From: Pseudovirgaria hyperparasitica
Lineage: Eukaryota
Assembly (NCBI GenBank): GCA_010093815.1
Contig: ML996567.1
Length of the DNA: 64,000 bases
Direction: 5' to 3' (one strand)
In this document: positions 1 through 11,258 of the stretch, piece after piece
Position numbering within the stretch: position 1 is the first letter of the stretch
How the letters are laid out: the number at the start of each line of letters is the position of its first letter
Position numbers and translations under genes: made by a program
Notes under the pieces: generated by a model
Told to the model about the DNA's origin: nothing
Databases searched by the model: none
Seen by the model: only the letters and a program-made list of their open reading frames with translations

Positions 1-360
1 AATAAGTCTTATATAGTTTACCTTATTAAACGCTCCGGCTATATTAAGGGAGAGGAGCGATACTACCCGTCCCTACTTCTATACGGCCTAGACGACTTCG
101 ATAATATATTAGATAGCTATTATTAGGGAGCTACCTATCTTTACCTTCTAGTTCGGAGGGAGGAGATTATGTTCCTATGCCGCGGTGCTTATCTTCTTCG
201 CTATCATAGCCTCTAGTATCTTGCCTAGGCAGGAGAGAAGGGCGATTGGTCTCCATCCCTTTAGGGAGTTAGGGCTCTTTCCTGGTTTCGGGAGCATGAT
301 GGTATAGGCGACTCGGAAGCACTGGGGGTGGTACCCCTGCGTGACGCATACTTGGATATA
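1..360 (-). mobile_element. RIP-inactivated LINE (Tad1-like non-LTR retrotransposon) reverse transcriptase fragment; continues beyond window start
   Basis: Minus-strand translation from 360: GYHPQCFRVAYTIMLPKPGK..WRPIALLSCLGKILE..HNLLPPN*..VVSLLSLNIAGAFNKV, matching non-LTR RT motifs (PKPGK, WRPIALL, LDIxGAFD). Six in-frame TAG/TAA stops and D->N changes fit C>T/G>A mutation. Confidence 0.92.
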
Positions 361-754
361 TATATAAATATTCCCCTACTACGCCCTTCGCGATCTTAAT
401 CCCGGGGGTATTTCTATTTACTTAATATTCAACCCGCCTGATAATTTACCCCCCTAACTGGCACGGTATATATATATCTAGATCGGGTATATGAGTACGT
501 GGACGGGATATGAAGCCAGTCAGGAAAACAGCATCTTTCGCGCGCGCGGGTGGTTGAAATGGAAGGTCTTGTTTTCATCACTGCGGGGGGGGGGGGTTGT
601 TCATCTGTCTATCTGTACTTGACGTATTCACTAGGTTACACAAACACACATGCAGAAACAAGACAAAACGCCCTATAGCGCCCTGAAACAATTACAAAGT
701 CCCATCTCTACGCTCTCAGCCGTCATCCAACCTTAACCCATGATGATGATGCCA

Positions 755-858
755 TCTCTCTCTCTCTCACTCACTCACTCTCTCTCTCTCTCTCTCTCAC
801 ACTCACTCTCTCTCTCTCTCTTCCCCTCTCTCTCTCTCTTCCCCTCTCTCACCCTCTC
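755..858. repeat. Compound (CT)n/(CACT)n microsatellite
   Basis: Directly visible; generates the spurious ORFs 740..976 and 775..1035. Confidence 0.95.
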
Positions 859-1367
859 GGAGATGCAGATGGGAAACTCGATGATGATATGCAAGAAGGA
901 AGTGAGGAAGAAGCCAAAAAAAAAAAACGCACTTCGCAAGACTTGTTTACCAAGCAGAAACCTTTCCCGCTTGTAGAACAGAAAATTTTTCCATAATTTT
1001 AAGGTCTCGTGTCCATGGTCTGCGCGATTTTGCATTGGTGACTGGGTGGGGAGTGCTGGTATTATGGACTTTCAGGGGAAGGAGAGGAGAGAAGTACAAA
1101 TGGTTTGGGTAACGGGACTAACGTAGCAATTTTGCACAGGAGCGAGTTTTTGATTTATTTGCTGCGGGACTGAGTATGTCACTTTTTTTTTGGGTGGAAA
1201 GGGGATGTTGTTGGTGAATGTCAGGAATCTGGAGAGAAATGATGTGAATGCTTTTGGTAGATGGGTCTACGGCAGCTGGGTCTACGGCAGATGGGAGTTA
1301 TGTACATATGTTATAAGACTCCTTCGCTTCTTATATGGGAAGCGAATGATACAAAAGCCTCCTCATC

Positions 1368-2089
1368 TCACGCCGTAGACACGGTCTCCTCCACAGCACT
1401 CACTTCTTCCCCTGATACCCCGGTGGGTAAGGGGTCCTTGTCCTTCGCCTCCATCTCCTCCTTCTCGCCCTCCTCCCTAAGTCTCCTCCGCACTTCCATC
1501 AGCGCCTTGCCCAACAGGTTCTCGCCCCACGCTGACCGATTCTGATCTGCGTGCTCAGCCTTGAAACCGATCCCCCATACGCGATCGAACGGACTGGCCT
1601 CCACGAGCTCGCGGTCGCCCGTCTCCAAAAGTCGTCTGCGAAGCTCGGGCCTTTCCTTGCCGCTCGTGAATTTGAGCATGTTTCCTTGAACGACGATATC
1701 AAAGCGCTCTAGACAATATCAGAAAAAATCGTCTTTCAATTTGTGTAGGCACAAAGGCACATGCCCCTTTCCCAAACATCCTGATCCCACGGCTGAACTT
1801 TCTGCCCTAGACCCTTGTGTTTGCGCGGCCGTTTCTCTTTCATGATTTGTTCTAGAATGGCCTTGGAAATAGTATCATGTTAGGTCTATTCCAGGGCAGT
1901 TATGTATACTTGTCCCATATGTACCTTGTCGTCAAAAAGTCGCGCTTTGCCTGCCATCATCCACATCTCGGCAGAGACGTATGTGTCGCACTTGTGCACG
2001 AACATCGACATGTACCATTGTGAGAGATAGCCGCCATCGGGCTCAGTCTCGCGCCAGAAGTACAGTGGTGTGGAGGAGTCTGAGGACAT
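1368..2089 (-). CDS. NADAR (YbiA/DUF1768) family protein; exons 2089-1925, 1861-1765, 1708-1368
   Basis: Spliced protein MSSDSSTPLYFWRE..GYLSQWY..SAEMWMMAGKARLFDD..KGLGQKV..VVQGNMLKF..LLETGDRELVEASPFDRVWGIG..WGENLLGKALMEVR carries the typical NADAR motifs. Confidence 0.92.
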
Positions 2090-3053
2090 GGATGCTTCTT
2101 TTCTGACTGTTTGACGGCGCGCCTCGGAGAATAATGGTACAGTGTTCTGTGTGTAAAGTATTTTATAGTGTTGAAGTCGGGCGAAAACGTTGGTACGTGT
2201 CCGAGAAAAAGGGTTTGCCCTTTCCAAAATAATTCGAGAAATGATTTTATAGGAAGGATGCCCCAAATTAAACAATGAATGACCAATGCGAGTAGATATA
2301 TATGCCCCGGCAGCCGCAGTCAAGAAGTGTGCCTTGGACTCAGAACAGTAAGACTTAGCGGGCGAGTGTCGGCTACCCTAAGCTGAGGCGCAGTCTGAGT
2401 CATATACTTGAGAGGGGCACATTCCCCCAACCAATAAGCCAGACTTTCAGTTCGACTGATGCTTCTCTAGATCTTGAGTCACTCATCGCGAGAATTGCGA
2501 TGTCTTGAGTAGGCATCTCGGTAATTCGGTGTTGGGCGTGGGTGTGAGTGTGGGTGTTGGTAACTATGGTAGGCCGGACACTTGTTCGGGCCTTGACTTA
2601 TTCCAAGAGAGTGTGGATGGGTAGAGAGTGTTAGCATTCTGAAGCGCGAAAGCTACATCATCATTGCTCGTGTGTTGCATCGTTTTGTCCCAATGCACTA
2701 GGGTCCGTCCTCGAGGACTTGAGCGTACCGGCATAGTACCTGCATAACAGGTTCTTTTTCAACTCAAACTCGACAGATCGATTTTGTTTTTCCATCATCA
2801 GTGTCTCTAGGCTTGCATCGTGACGTTTCGCTTCCTTTGTTTCAGCCGCGTGCTGGACCCTGTCCCAGAGAGCATATATATCCTCAATGGAATGTATGCT
2901 ATGATCATAGGGAGCATACAGTGAGTGTATCGCTCTATGAGTGTCTTTTGCGAATATCATCGCACATCACTCTCGAACGTCTGCGATCGAGTCTTCACCA
3001 GTCTCGTACGCGCTGACAGCCGCACATCTATACAGCCGTACCTCGAGTCGCTA

Positions 3054-4530
3054 TCATGTCGATATCGGTATCCAGCCTAGCTGCTCAATCGGCCACTGCA
3101 CCCAAGCGCGATGCTCTTTATCAAGATTGCGATATATGACCTCGATGAGATGCATGCTCCAGCCCTTCATAAGCCACATCCACTCCAATAGCTTGAGTAC
3201 TGGACAATAAAAGGCAAAAACGGCCAGCGCCTCCGGGGTCTTATCACCAAGGAGTTCCAGAAATGCTTCCGAGAGCTCGAAGATCCACATGAAGACATCG
3301 CTAGTTTCGCTACTCTCGGAATCGGAACCCAGCGTCACAGCGTACGTCTTTTTTAGCTCATCAATGGCCTCCGCTAGAATTTGCTTGGTACGATCGCTCA
3401 CCATGGAATCGCTAATGAAACTTTCGAGTTCTAGGAGGGGTTGCTGGCTTTTCAACGGATCGGCTGTATCGCGGCGTAGTTTGCGCCTGTGTCCGATGCT
3501 GAACATGGGCGATAATAGACCCGACATGAGCACCTCCTCGTTCTGGTTAATGATGAAGCGAGTCCCGCGGAACAGAACAAGCCATTCCGAGATGCCGTTC
3601 TCGCTAATGAGAAGAAAGTCATCTGCGTTGCGGGGACGAGCACATGCAATTAGAGAAGTCAAGGCGCTGAAAGCGTACAGCTCGTTGCTATTCCCGGCTG
3701 TGACGTTACTGAGGTCCGACAGAAGCGGCATGACTTCCCGGAGAGCGAGATCGTGCTGTCGAGATGCTTCTTCAATGTAGTAGCTGGCCTGCTCGGTGCG
3801 GCAATGGGCAATGTGATAGGCAGAAAGAGCGAGAATTCCACGGAGGCAGTACACGGCGCCGAATGCAACCTGAGGAACCTGTTTTCGCCAGATGTTCTGG
3901 AGGACTGGGTTACGAGAGAGCGTGTATGCCGTAGCTGTAGAATAGTTGTGCAAAAGTTCCATCTCGAGAAGATTGAGATCTGGCGGTGCTGCAGTTGGCC
4001 CATGGTGATGCTCTCGATGAATTTGACCTGGCGTCCTGTCGGGAAGTGCACCCTGTGGTGAGGCATTCGTGTTGCTTCCAGACGGCGTGGTGACTTGTGG
4101 TGACGATGCTGAAGCTACTTTGTACATACAATCAATGCCATGCTTTGTACAGTTGTTACATATTGGTTTCGATTCGTCACACTACCCGAGGCTGGTTAGC
4201 AGCTGGAATGTTCGGAAGGCATGTGCTCCGGATCCCGAACGGCTGAATGGGCATTGGGGATACAATCATCAGAGGCCAGAGAACTCTCTTCTTGTCTAAG
4301 AGAGCAGAGGTATATGTATATAAATGCCTTGCGCATTCGGTCGCGATATAGATTTGAGCAAGGAGAGTTGAAGAGCTGGCGCGCTGACTCAGGAGACAGG
4401 GTATAGGGTGTAGGGTGTAGGTATCTGCACGCACCTTTACTTTGCGCGTCTTACACTGAAGACAGCCTGTCTTGCTCTTCCGATGGCTACGACGAGCCTT
4501 TTTCATCGCGTCGCGCAGCTGGTGTTCCAT
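3054..4530 (-). CDS. Zn(II)2Cys6 transcription factor, Upc2/sterol-uptake-control-like; exons 4530-4435, 4181-3054
   Basis: RRSHRKSKTGCLQCKTRKVK|CDESKPICNNCTKHGIDC zinc cluster split by a GT-AG intron; C-terminal 'LELLHNY..W..VPQ..ILALSAYH..WVQWP' domain. Confidence 0.9.
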
Positions 4531-5462
4531 CGTCCTAGCAGTCTGCCGCAGTAAATCGCATACACTGCTGATGTGGGGTTGTTGGGAGAGAGAGTGAAAA
4601 CAAGCAAGCAGCAAGACAAGGCCAGTCTCTAGGACCTGGGTGAGGACGGCAAAGAAAGTTTAAACGCGGCTAGGCAGGTCACGTGTCAGGTCTGGGAACG
4701 ACTGTCTCATTGATCCAAAGCCGGGGTTCCTTCGGCGGGTTCCGTACAGCTGGAGGCTCCGACAGCTTGGAGATTGCCCAGGAGCTTGCTTGGATGGTGG
4801 AGGCTTGGAAGCTTAATTATGATCCGGTACAAGATACACGTTCTGGCAGAGGCGGTATGGGATGGACAATGATGGGTGTTATTACAGAGACAGCCTGCGC
4901 AGATGATGGGGACATCTGAATCCATGATCATAACTTAGGTACCTGCACAGTCACCCATCCATGTCCCTTATTGCCGTATTATGTACTGCTTACTGTATCC
5001 ACAGAGTACTATATGCACAGCTAAGCTCCACCCGTTCTCGACGCCATCACGCTTCTGGTGTGCATGCCAAGACACCGGACGCGTCTCAACCTCGGGACAT
5101 CGGAACACGGGCCTCAGGTTTCTCACGCACCACCGGCACCAGTCAACAAGCTTGGAAGTCCCGGACTTGTGTATTTATTAGCTGCACTTCAATCTCACCC
5201 ACTTACGTTCACTGCAAAGTGTCCTGTCGTCACAACTGCGCAATGCTGTCATGTGGCGTTGGATGCACTCGTCGTGCAGCGCACTGCAGCCGCCATGCCC
5301 TTGCTCTTGGATACTTGGATCTTCTTGATCAACACGATACGATGACATGCAGCTCATTTATATCACGTGATGTTTTCCAATCGCGACCGGAGTCAACACC
5401 CTGTCAGTCGTCGTGTCTGGTATGATGGTACGACTCGTGTGAGCCTGAAGCATGCATCGCCA

Positions 5463-6130
5463 TCACAGCATGTAGCAATATCGTCTCCTCACAGGCCTTG
5501 CCTCCTCCATCGCCTCGTCTTCGATCGCTGCCCTTCCTTTCAGCGCCGGTCTCTCTGTCCCACTACGCTGCCTGCTCTCGTTCTCCAACTGTTCCGGCTC
5601 CCAGTTTTGGCTCTGCAGCAGTCGGTGAAGGACAAGCACACAGCCAACAGTGAAGATTTCCAATGCAATGGTACGGTGTGTCATTCGGCATGGAACACAA
5701 CAATCATACCGACGACACCCAGTATCAGTCGGCACGCGATAATTTCGCCATAATTGTGAACCTGGGTCGTCAAAGCAGACACTAGTCTCCATGCTACGAC
5801 ACAAGATCCCACGTGTATGGACGGCCGACCAGCGTAATTGACGAGTGCGTTGGACGGTACCTGCATCGTAACGTACCCCACGAAAAGGATAGACAGGCGC
5901 ACTCGTGGCCCTTGGGGTTTAGATCATCCTGCAAGCCTTGCAGTCTGGCAGCAGCATCACCACCCATAAAGAGAAAAGTAAATCGCCAAGCAACATACTG
6001 GTCAATATAGGTCATCAGATACACCAGGATCACCCACGGCATGATTCTGAAGTCGATCATTCTTTTCGAACTTCTCAGTGACTAGCTCATCCTCTGACAA
6101 TTCTATCTGGTGCGGCGACTCATTGTAACC
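5463..6130 (-). pseudogene. Degraded MFS transporter (anion:cation symporter, Dal5/Tna1-like) with frameshifts and a large internal deletion
   Basis: Fragments in different frames: IDFRIMPWVILVYLMTYID, AAARLQGLQDDL, LSILFVGYVTMQVPSNAL..GRPS..ACRLILG, then a C-terminal-like tail (EQLENE..RRRYCYML*). Confidence 0.75.
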
Positions 6131-7342
6131 AATATGAGATTTGGGATCCGGCAATGCTCTCAGCGCGCAATATCGAAGATAAAATGCCATAACACTAGCC
6201 ATGATTCCCAGCGCTCAGCACACGTAGAATGAAGAGTCGCGAGATCAGTTGGAGGTCAGATCTTTTGATTACAGGATACGGTCACTAGCCTTACGTTGTG
6301 TACCGAACAACCCTTGCTCATCGATCTGTCTTTGAACATGCCAATGATTGCTGTGTCTCATTGACGGTAACCCACCTAAGGACAGCGTACACAACTTTCT
6401 TTGAGATGTGAATGGAAAGAATGCTAACCCTGCAGAATTCGGGGATGGATGCGAACGAGTTGCACCTCCCGTTCAGACACCCGCTAGGATGCCGTTGTTG
6501 CAGTTAGTAGGTGGAGTGTTACAGGGGCGTACATACCCTTTCAGAACCCGTGGTCTTCATTCCCTATTATGTATAGGTAACTTGTGGACGTTTTAGTGCT
6601 CTACAACGCTACAATAATTATGCACCTAGTGCATGTCGAGGCAGTCTCGCGAACTAGCACATCGATGTAGGCATAGTAAGGCAAACAGTCACTTGAGTGT
6701 CGTTGGCCTAGCTGCATATGGCGCATTATATGATAAGGTTTTCAGTTTTAAACACTCGAACTGCCACATAAATCACTTCGTAGAGCTCTTAATGGAATGT
6801 AAAGCGTAATGTGTAGGTTTTGGTGCATGGCACCTGTAGCTGAATAATTTGTACAAACATCTGAAAAGATTCACATGCTATCTTCGATATATCTCCACAA
6901 AAGAACCAATACAGATGCCGGACAAGGCACGATACGCAGAAAAGACAGCGATATATCCTAATAGGGAAGATATCAGCATGAACCGAAGTGCAGTAGTGGC
7001 AGAAAAAGCTTGTGAAGCCATCCGCCAACGCCGTGCAAACCAGAAGGTATAAGAAATCACACGGAGGGTGAACAAATCTATCTGAAGCGGCGCGTGTGCA
7101 GCAGACTTTTGGAAACTAATCAAGGTTTGTGTGAACAAGCCCAGGTATGAAATAAAGAATAAAGGAATTGCCCGAACAAAGTAGACTTTGTGCGTTCAAG
7201 GTTGCGGCTTGAACACACGTAACGTAACGGCCGTCATTTGGGTTGCCCCGTATTTTTCTCTACAGCAGGGCTAAATGCTGGATACGCATAAACGTCATAA
7301 CGTCGTCGCGGTGATTCCACAATCCGGTCTTCGAGATATGGT

Positions 7343-9520
7343 CTATCGCATCTGTGCGAACGCGCCCATTCGTGAACCGCGTAGCGGTGCACGCTTGGAA
7401 ATGGCAGCACCTGGGCGATCAAGAAGAGGACTACTATCCAGTGTTGGTCGCGCCCGTGGATTCATAGAGCTTCTTCTTCTGCGAGCCGGTGTAATCGGAG
7501 TTTCCGCCGATTTGCCAGACCTGATCGGCTTAGCAGTCGAGGCTCGAAGGTCAGGGTCAGCGGGAAGCTGAGCAAGGTCGCGGGATCTGTGCTGGTTGTT
7601 GCGAAATGCGCCAATGGATCCGCCGAGATTACCAAGGTGATCCCAAATCTTTTCCTCTTGCCCTTTTTCAGCGACAGGTGTGTCCAAGGACGACTCATTG
7701 CGGCCCAGAGGTGCTGGAGTAGAGCTGAAGTGGGGAATGTCAGATTCGTCATCTGAGTCCCCTCCAAGATTGAAGAACTTATTCATGGTCCCCTCATCGT
7801 CGTCCTCATGGTTCAATCCAGCTTGTATGAGCATGTCTGTCTGCTCGTCGGAGAACTCGCCATTGGGTCCAGGCATGAAAGCACCAAGCGGACCAAAAGC
7901 ACCGTTGTTGAGGTTGGGGACGTCCTGTAGCGGATTCGGGATAAATATATCAGCGCCTATTTGAGACTCGCTGAAGTCACTCTCGTCTAATGGTGGTGGC
8001 AGCATGGAGGTTCGAGGACTGCTGTTTACCATGCTGCTTGAGCTACTTCCCGCCAGCATAAGAAAGCTAGCTTTGTTTGGCAATTGCGGTGCCTCGAACG
8101 CGAGACGTTGTCCCGTGGCATCGGCGTATGCGGCTACTTTACAAGGATCCACTTCAAACTTTCCAACTCTGGGACCTTTCCTTGCAGAATGAGAAGGCGT
8201 GCGACGGAATGGAGATGGACTCGCCACCTGGCTACCGGCAGCCGAAGTTGGTCGCGAGAGTATTGGATTTTGAGATAGAGTCATGCTTGGAGGTGGCATG
8301 ATCGGTTCTTCCTCATCGGTTGTATCTCCATCAGCTATGGTTTTCTATATTAGCAGTGTGAAAAATGGGTGTTGAGGTTGGTCCATACTTTCGTATCCAC
8401 TGGACCCAGCTTCAGAATCTTCCTCATCTGCTGGACTATACTGAAGATGGCTCAAAGATCGGTCATCTTCGTTAAAGTCCCAATAAGAATTGTCACTATC
8501 ACTAGCTGGATCATCCAGATACTTTTCTGGAATAGCTGATTGATCGACAAAAAGATCGGGGAAGACGCTATCGAAATCGTCTGTAGCAGATGAGGACGAG
8601 GAGGAATCATCGAAGTCTTCTACTTTTACCTCATCCAGGAATCGAACACGTTTGGCGGAGCTGTCAGAATACTTCCTGCGATCTGCAGCAGCAGAAATGG
8701 CAGCGTCAGCGAAGGACATATTTCCTCGCTCGATGAATTCCTGCATCAAGCTCTGGTTGAAAGCAGTATTGAAGACGTCGTCGTTGGCACTGTCAATACT
8801 AGAACGATGAAACAGATTTGTGTCCATCATTGCTTCTTCTTCGGCCAGCTCGATTTCTTTGTCGTTTTCGTCACTATCGCTGATGTCGTCGACACCATTG
8901 TAGTCGTCATCAGAAAGATTCGCCGCATCGTCGGAATCATCCATTATGGTGTCTGTCTCTTGATATGCGAGGAGGCCTTCGTGAGTGTGATTCAGTTTTT
9001 TCATGATCTTTCTCCTTGGGTATTCAGATGGCTCACTACCATCCTCTAATACAGAGCTGATGCTAACGTTGCTTTCCCTACGCTTTCTTTTTAAGGGACT
9101 CGACAATTCTGAATCAACCGATGACCCTGCCAGAGTTGTAGCACGGATACCCGGGCCTTTCCCTAGGCCCTTCCCTTTACCCCTACCAAATCCCTTGGAC
9201 ATACGCGATAAAGCATTAATTCTTAATTCTTCGTCTTCTAGCCCATTATGATCATCATCATTATCGTCGTCATCGGTGTCATCGGTGTCATCTTTAATGG
9301 TCGAACTATTGTCGTCATCGGTAGCTTCGTCGTTTTCAGCTGTGTCGTCACTCTCGGTGCTGCTGCTGCCGCTGCTGAGTAGCGCAGCAGGTAATGAGGC
9401 GCTCACGGAACGTGACTCTGCTACTCGTTGCGAGCTTCTTTGCGGGATGAGACCCTTTCTTTGCCTTCTTTTATGGCCGTTTTCGGCGCGGGCGAGCCGG
9501 TCGGGATGGACTGATACCAT
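7343..9520 (-). CDS. Acidic, largely disordered nuclear protein; putative Ifh1/Crf1-like coactivator; exons 9520-8389, 8334-7343
   Basis: Two long ORFs joined by intron 8388-8335 (GTATGG..CTAAT..TAG). The junction gives SGYETDGDTTDEEEPIMPPPS, followed by GPRVGKFEVDPCK. NLS-like LKRKRR. The gene itself is well supported; orthology is inferred. Confidence 0.75.
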
Positions 9521-11258
9521 TGTGTATTACTCTCTTTGTAATCACCAATTCGGAGTATTTCAATGACAAGCCCTTCGGGCTATTTATTCGCTGCAGCAAA
9601 GCTAAAGCGACCCAGGATGGTATGATGTGAGTCGTATTGAGTGTTCTAGTGTGAAGGAGGGCGTGTTGGGGCGAGGGAAAGGGGAGAATTACACAACGAT
9701 GGCGTTGGGAACGAGATGAGAGCGAAGCTGAGCGTCGGTGGACGGTCGGAGGTGTACTGGGTCGTATTCTCTAAGACTCGAGCAGCGATTAGGATACTTC
9801 GAGTCAATTTCTCCGTCAAATGTTCAGGGCAAAAGTGAACGGTGAACAGTCTGCACTCGATAATGGAGAGTGCTATTCTTCGTGCATGCAGATTCGACAA
9901 TAAAGTCGGAACACTTTCGATTGAGATTGAACTGCTAGGCGTCGGCCTTTGGGCAATCTTGCGAAAGTTCGTCGAGATTTCAGTCAGCTGGCGAGGCACC
10001 GGAGGGACACTTTCGGATGCCCCTCCAGTGTTGATTTAGTGCCCAGCGATAGTCTGCATTGTTCACGACGAAGAAGAGTATGATATCTTTACTTTTTATA
10101 GTGAATTGTTCGAAAAATGACGGTGACTTCGTTGTCTGGAGGGTGTATGCAAAGAGGAGAAAGAGACGTAGTGGGCTGGTGAGTGACTACTTTTTCAAAA
10201 TCTAGTGCACGGACTCACGGGAGAGCGCGGCGCTGCTGATTAGATCGGTTCAGGCTAGAGCATCTCGAAATAACATGGCGGTGAACAGAATAACTATTTG
10301 CGCCCCGCTTCACTCGCATGCCCCATTTCCATTTACACCCAGACACAAAACACACGCATTCCACGGCGGCAAGAGGGTCGTCTAAAGCGCGCTGTAGCTA
10401 TGATGCTGTTCCAAGCATTTTGTCCAGCTGTCCGAGGTAGCCTTGGTCACAGAACAGCCCACAGTCGCTCAGATATCAGGCCGGGTTTGTCGGAATGTTC
10501 TCTATCAAAATGGTGGGACGTTAGCAGGGCCTAAGAAGAGACCACACTGCTTATTACATAAGAACGGTGTCCCTAGACGGCTATGCAGCTAGGTGGATGC
10601 GCAATGACTTTTTCACGCGCCGACGAGTCTATACAGTGACTCCACCTAGGCAGAAGTCGGTTGCTAGATATGAGTGCCACTATAGATCTAATTGGCTACT
10701 CTATCCTGACACACGGCCTTGCCAGTAACTGTAGCAGCATCCTTGTTATTTTTAGGGGGCCCAGGCTCCGTGAGAGTACTTTGAAAATGCCATTTGTGCC
10801 AGAAGCCCTCTGTACAGCTACCTAGGCTACTACAATGAAGCACTTTACTCTTGGGATGCTGCACTGCTTGTTTGCAGTTCCTGTCGTAAATCCTCAATGT
10901 GAAATGTGAGGGCGCACTTACCGCCATTTGTAGAAAGTAGAATCATATTGCGAACATACCACAACGTCGATCTATCCTCGTTTGCTTGCAGACTGCCCCA
11001 CCACAGCACTGAGCAGTAATGTGCGTAAGTAACCGACCGAGCAGCTCAAACTCGCCCTACTCTACTTGCATCTCTAGGCATTCAAGCAGTGCTGCTGGTA
11101 ATCGGCGGTGTGACGAGCGTTTATATTGACCATCTTATCGCTATCATAGGATATGGTCAGTCCCGGGTATGGGTGAGCTGGCGCAAAGGATCACGCCGCA
11201 GTGAATCAAGCACTTGCTACCAAAAGCACAGTGCAGCTGCAGGGATCGATATATGTAA

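Noticed and set aside
740..1035. ORFs with SLSL and RERE runs
   Set aside because: Translations of the CT microsatellite.
1262..1295. 15-bp tandem duplication TGGGTCTACGGCAG
   Set aside because: Two copies only, downstream of NADAR; no sign of function.
2661..2960. 99-aa ATG-initiated ORF
   Set aside because: No recognisable motif; starts under 100 bp after the TF stop, so probably 3' UTR. Cannot be fully excluded.
4398..4421. TAGGGTG repeats resembling telomere sequence
   Set aside because: Three imperfect units within an intron, not TTAGGG.
9646..9999. 117-aa ORF upstream of the Ifh1-like gene
   Set aside because: Non-ATG start, UTR-like composition.
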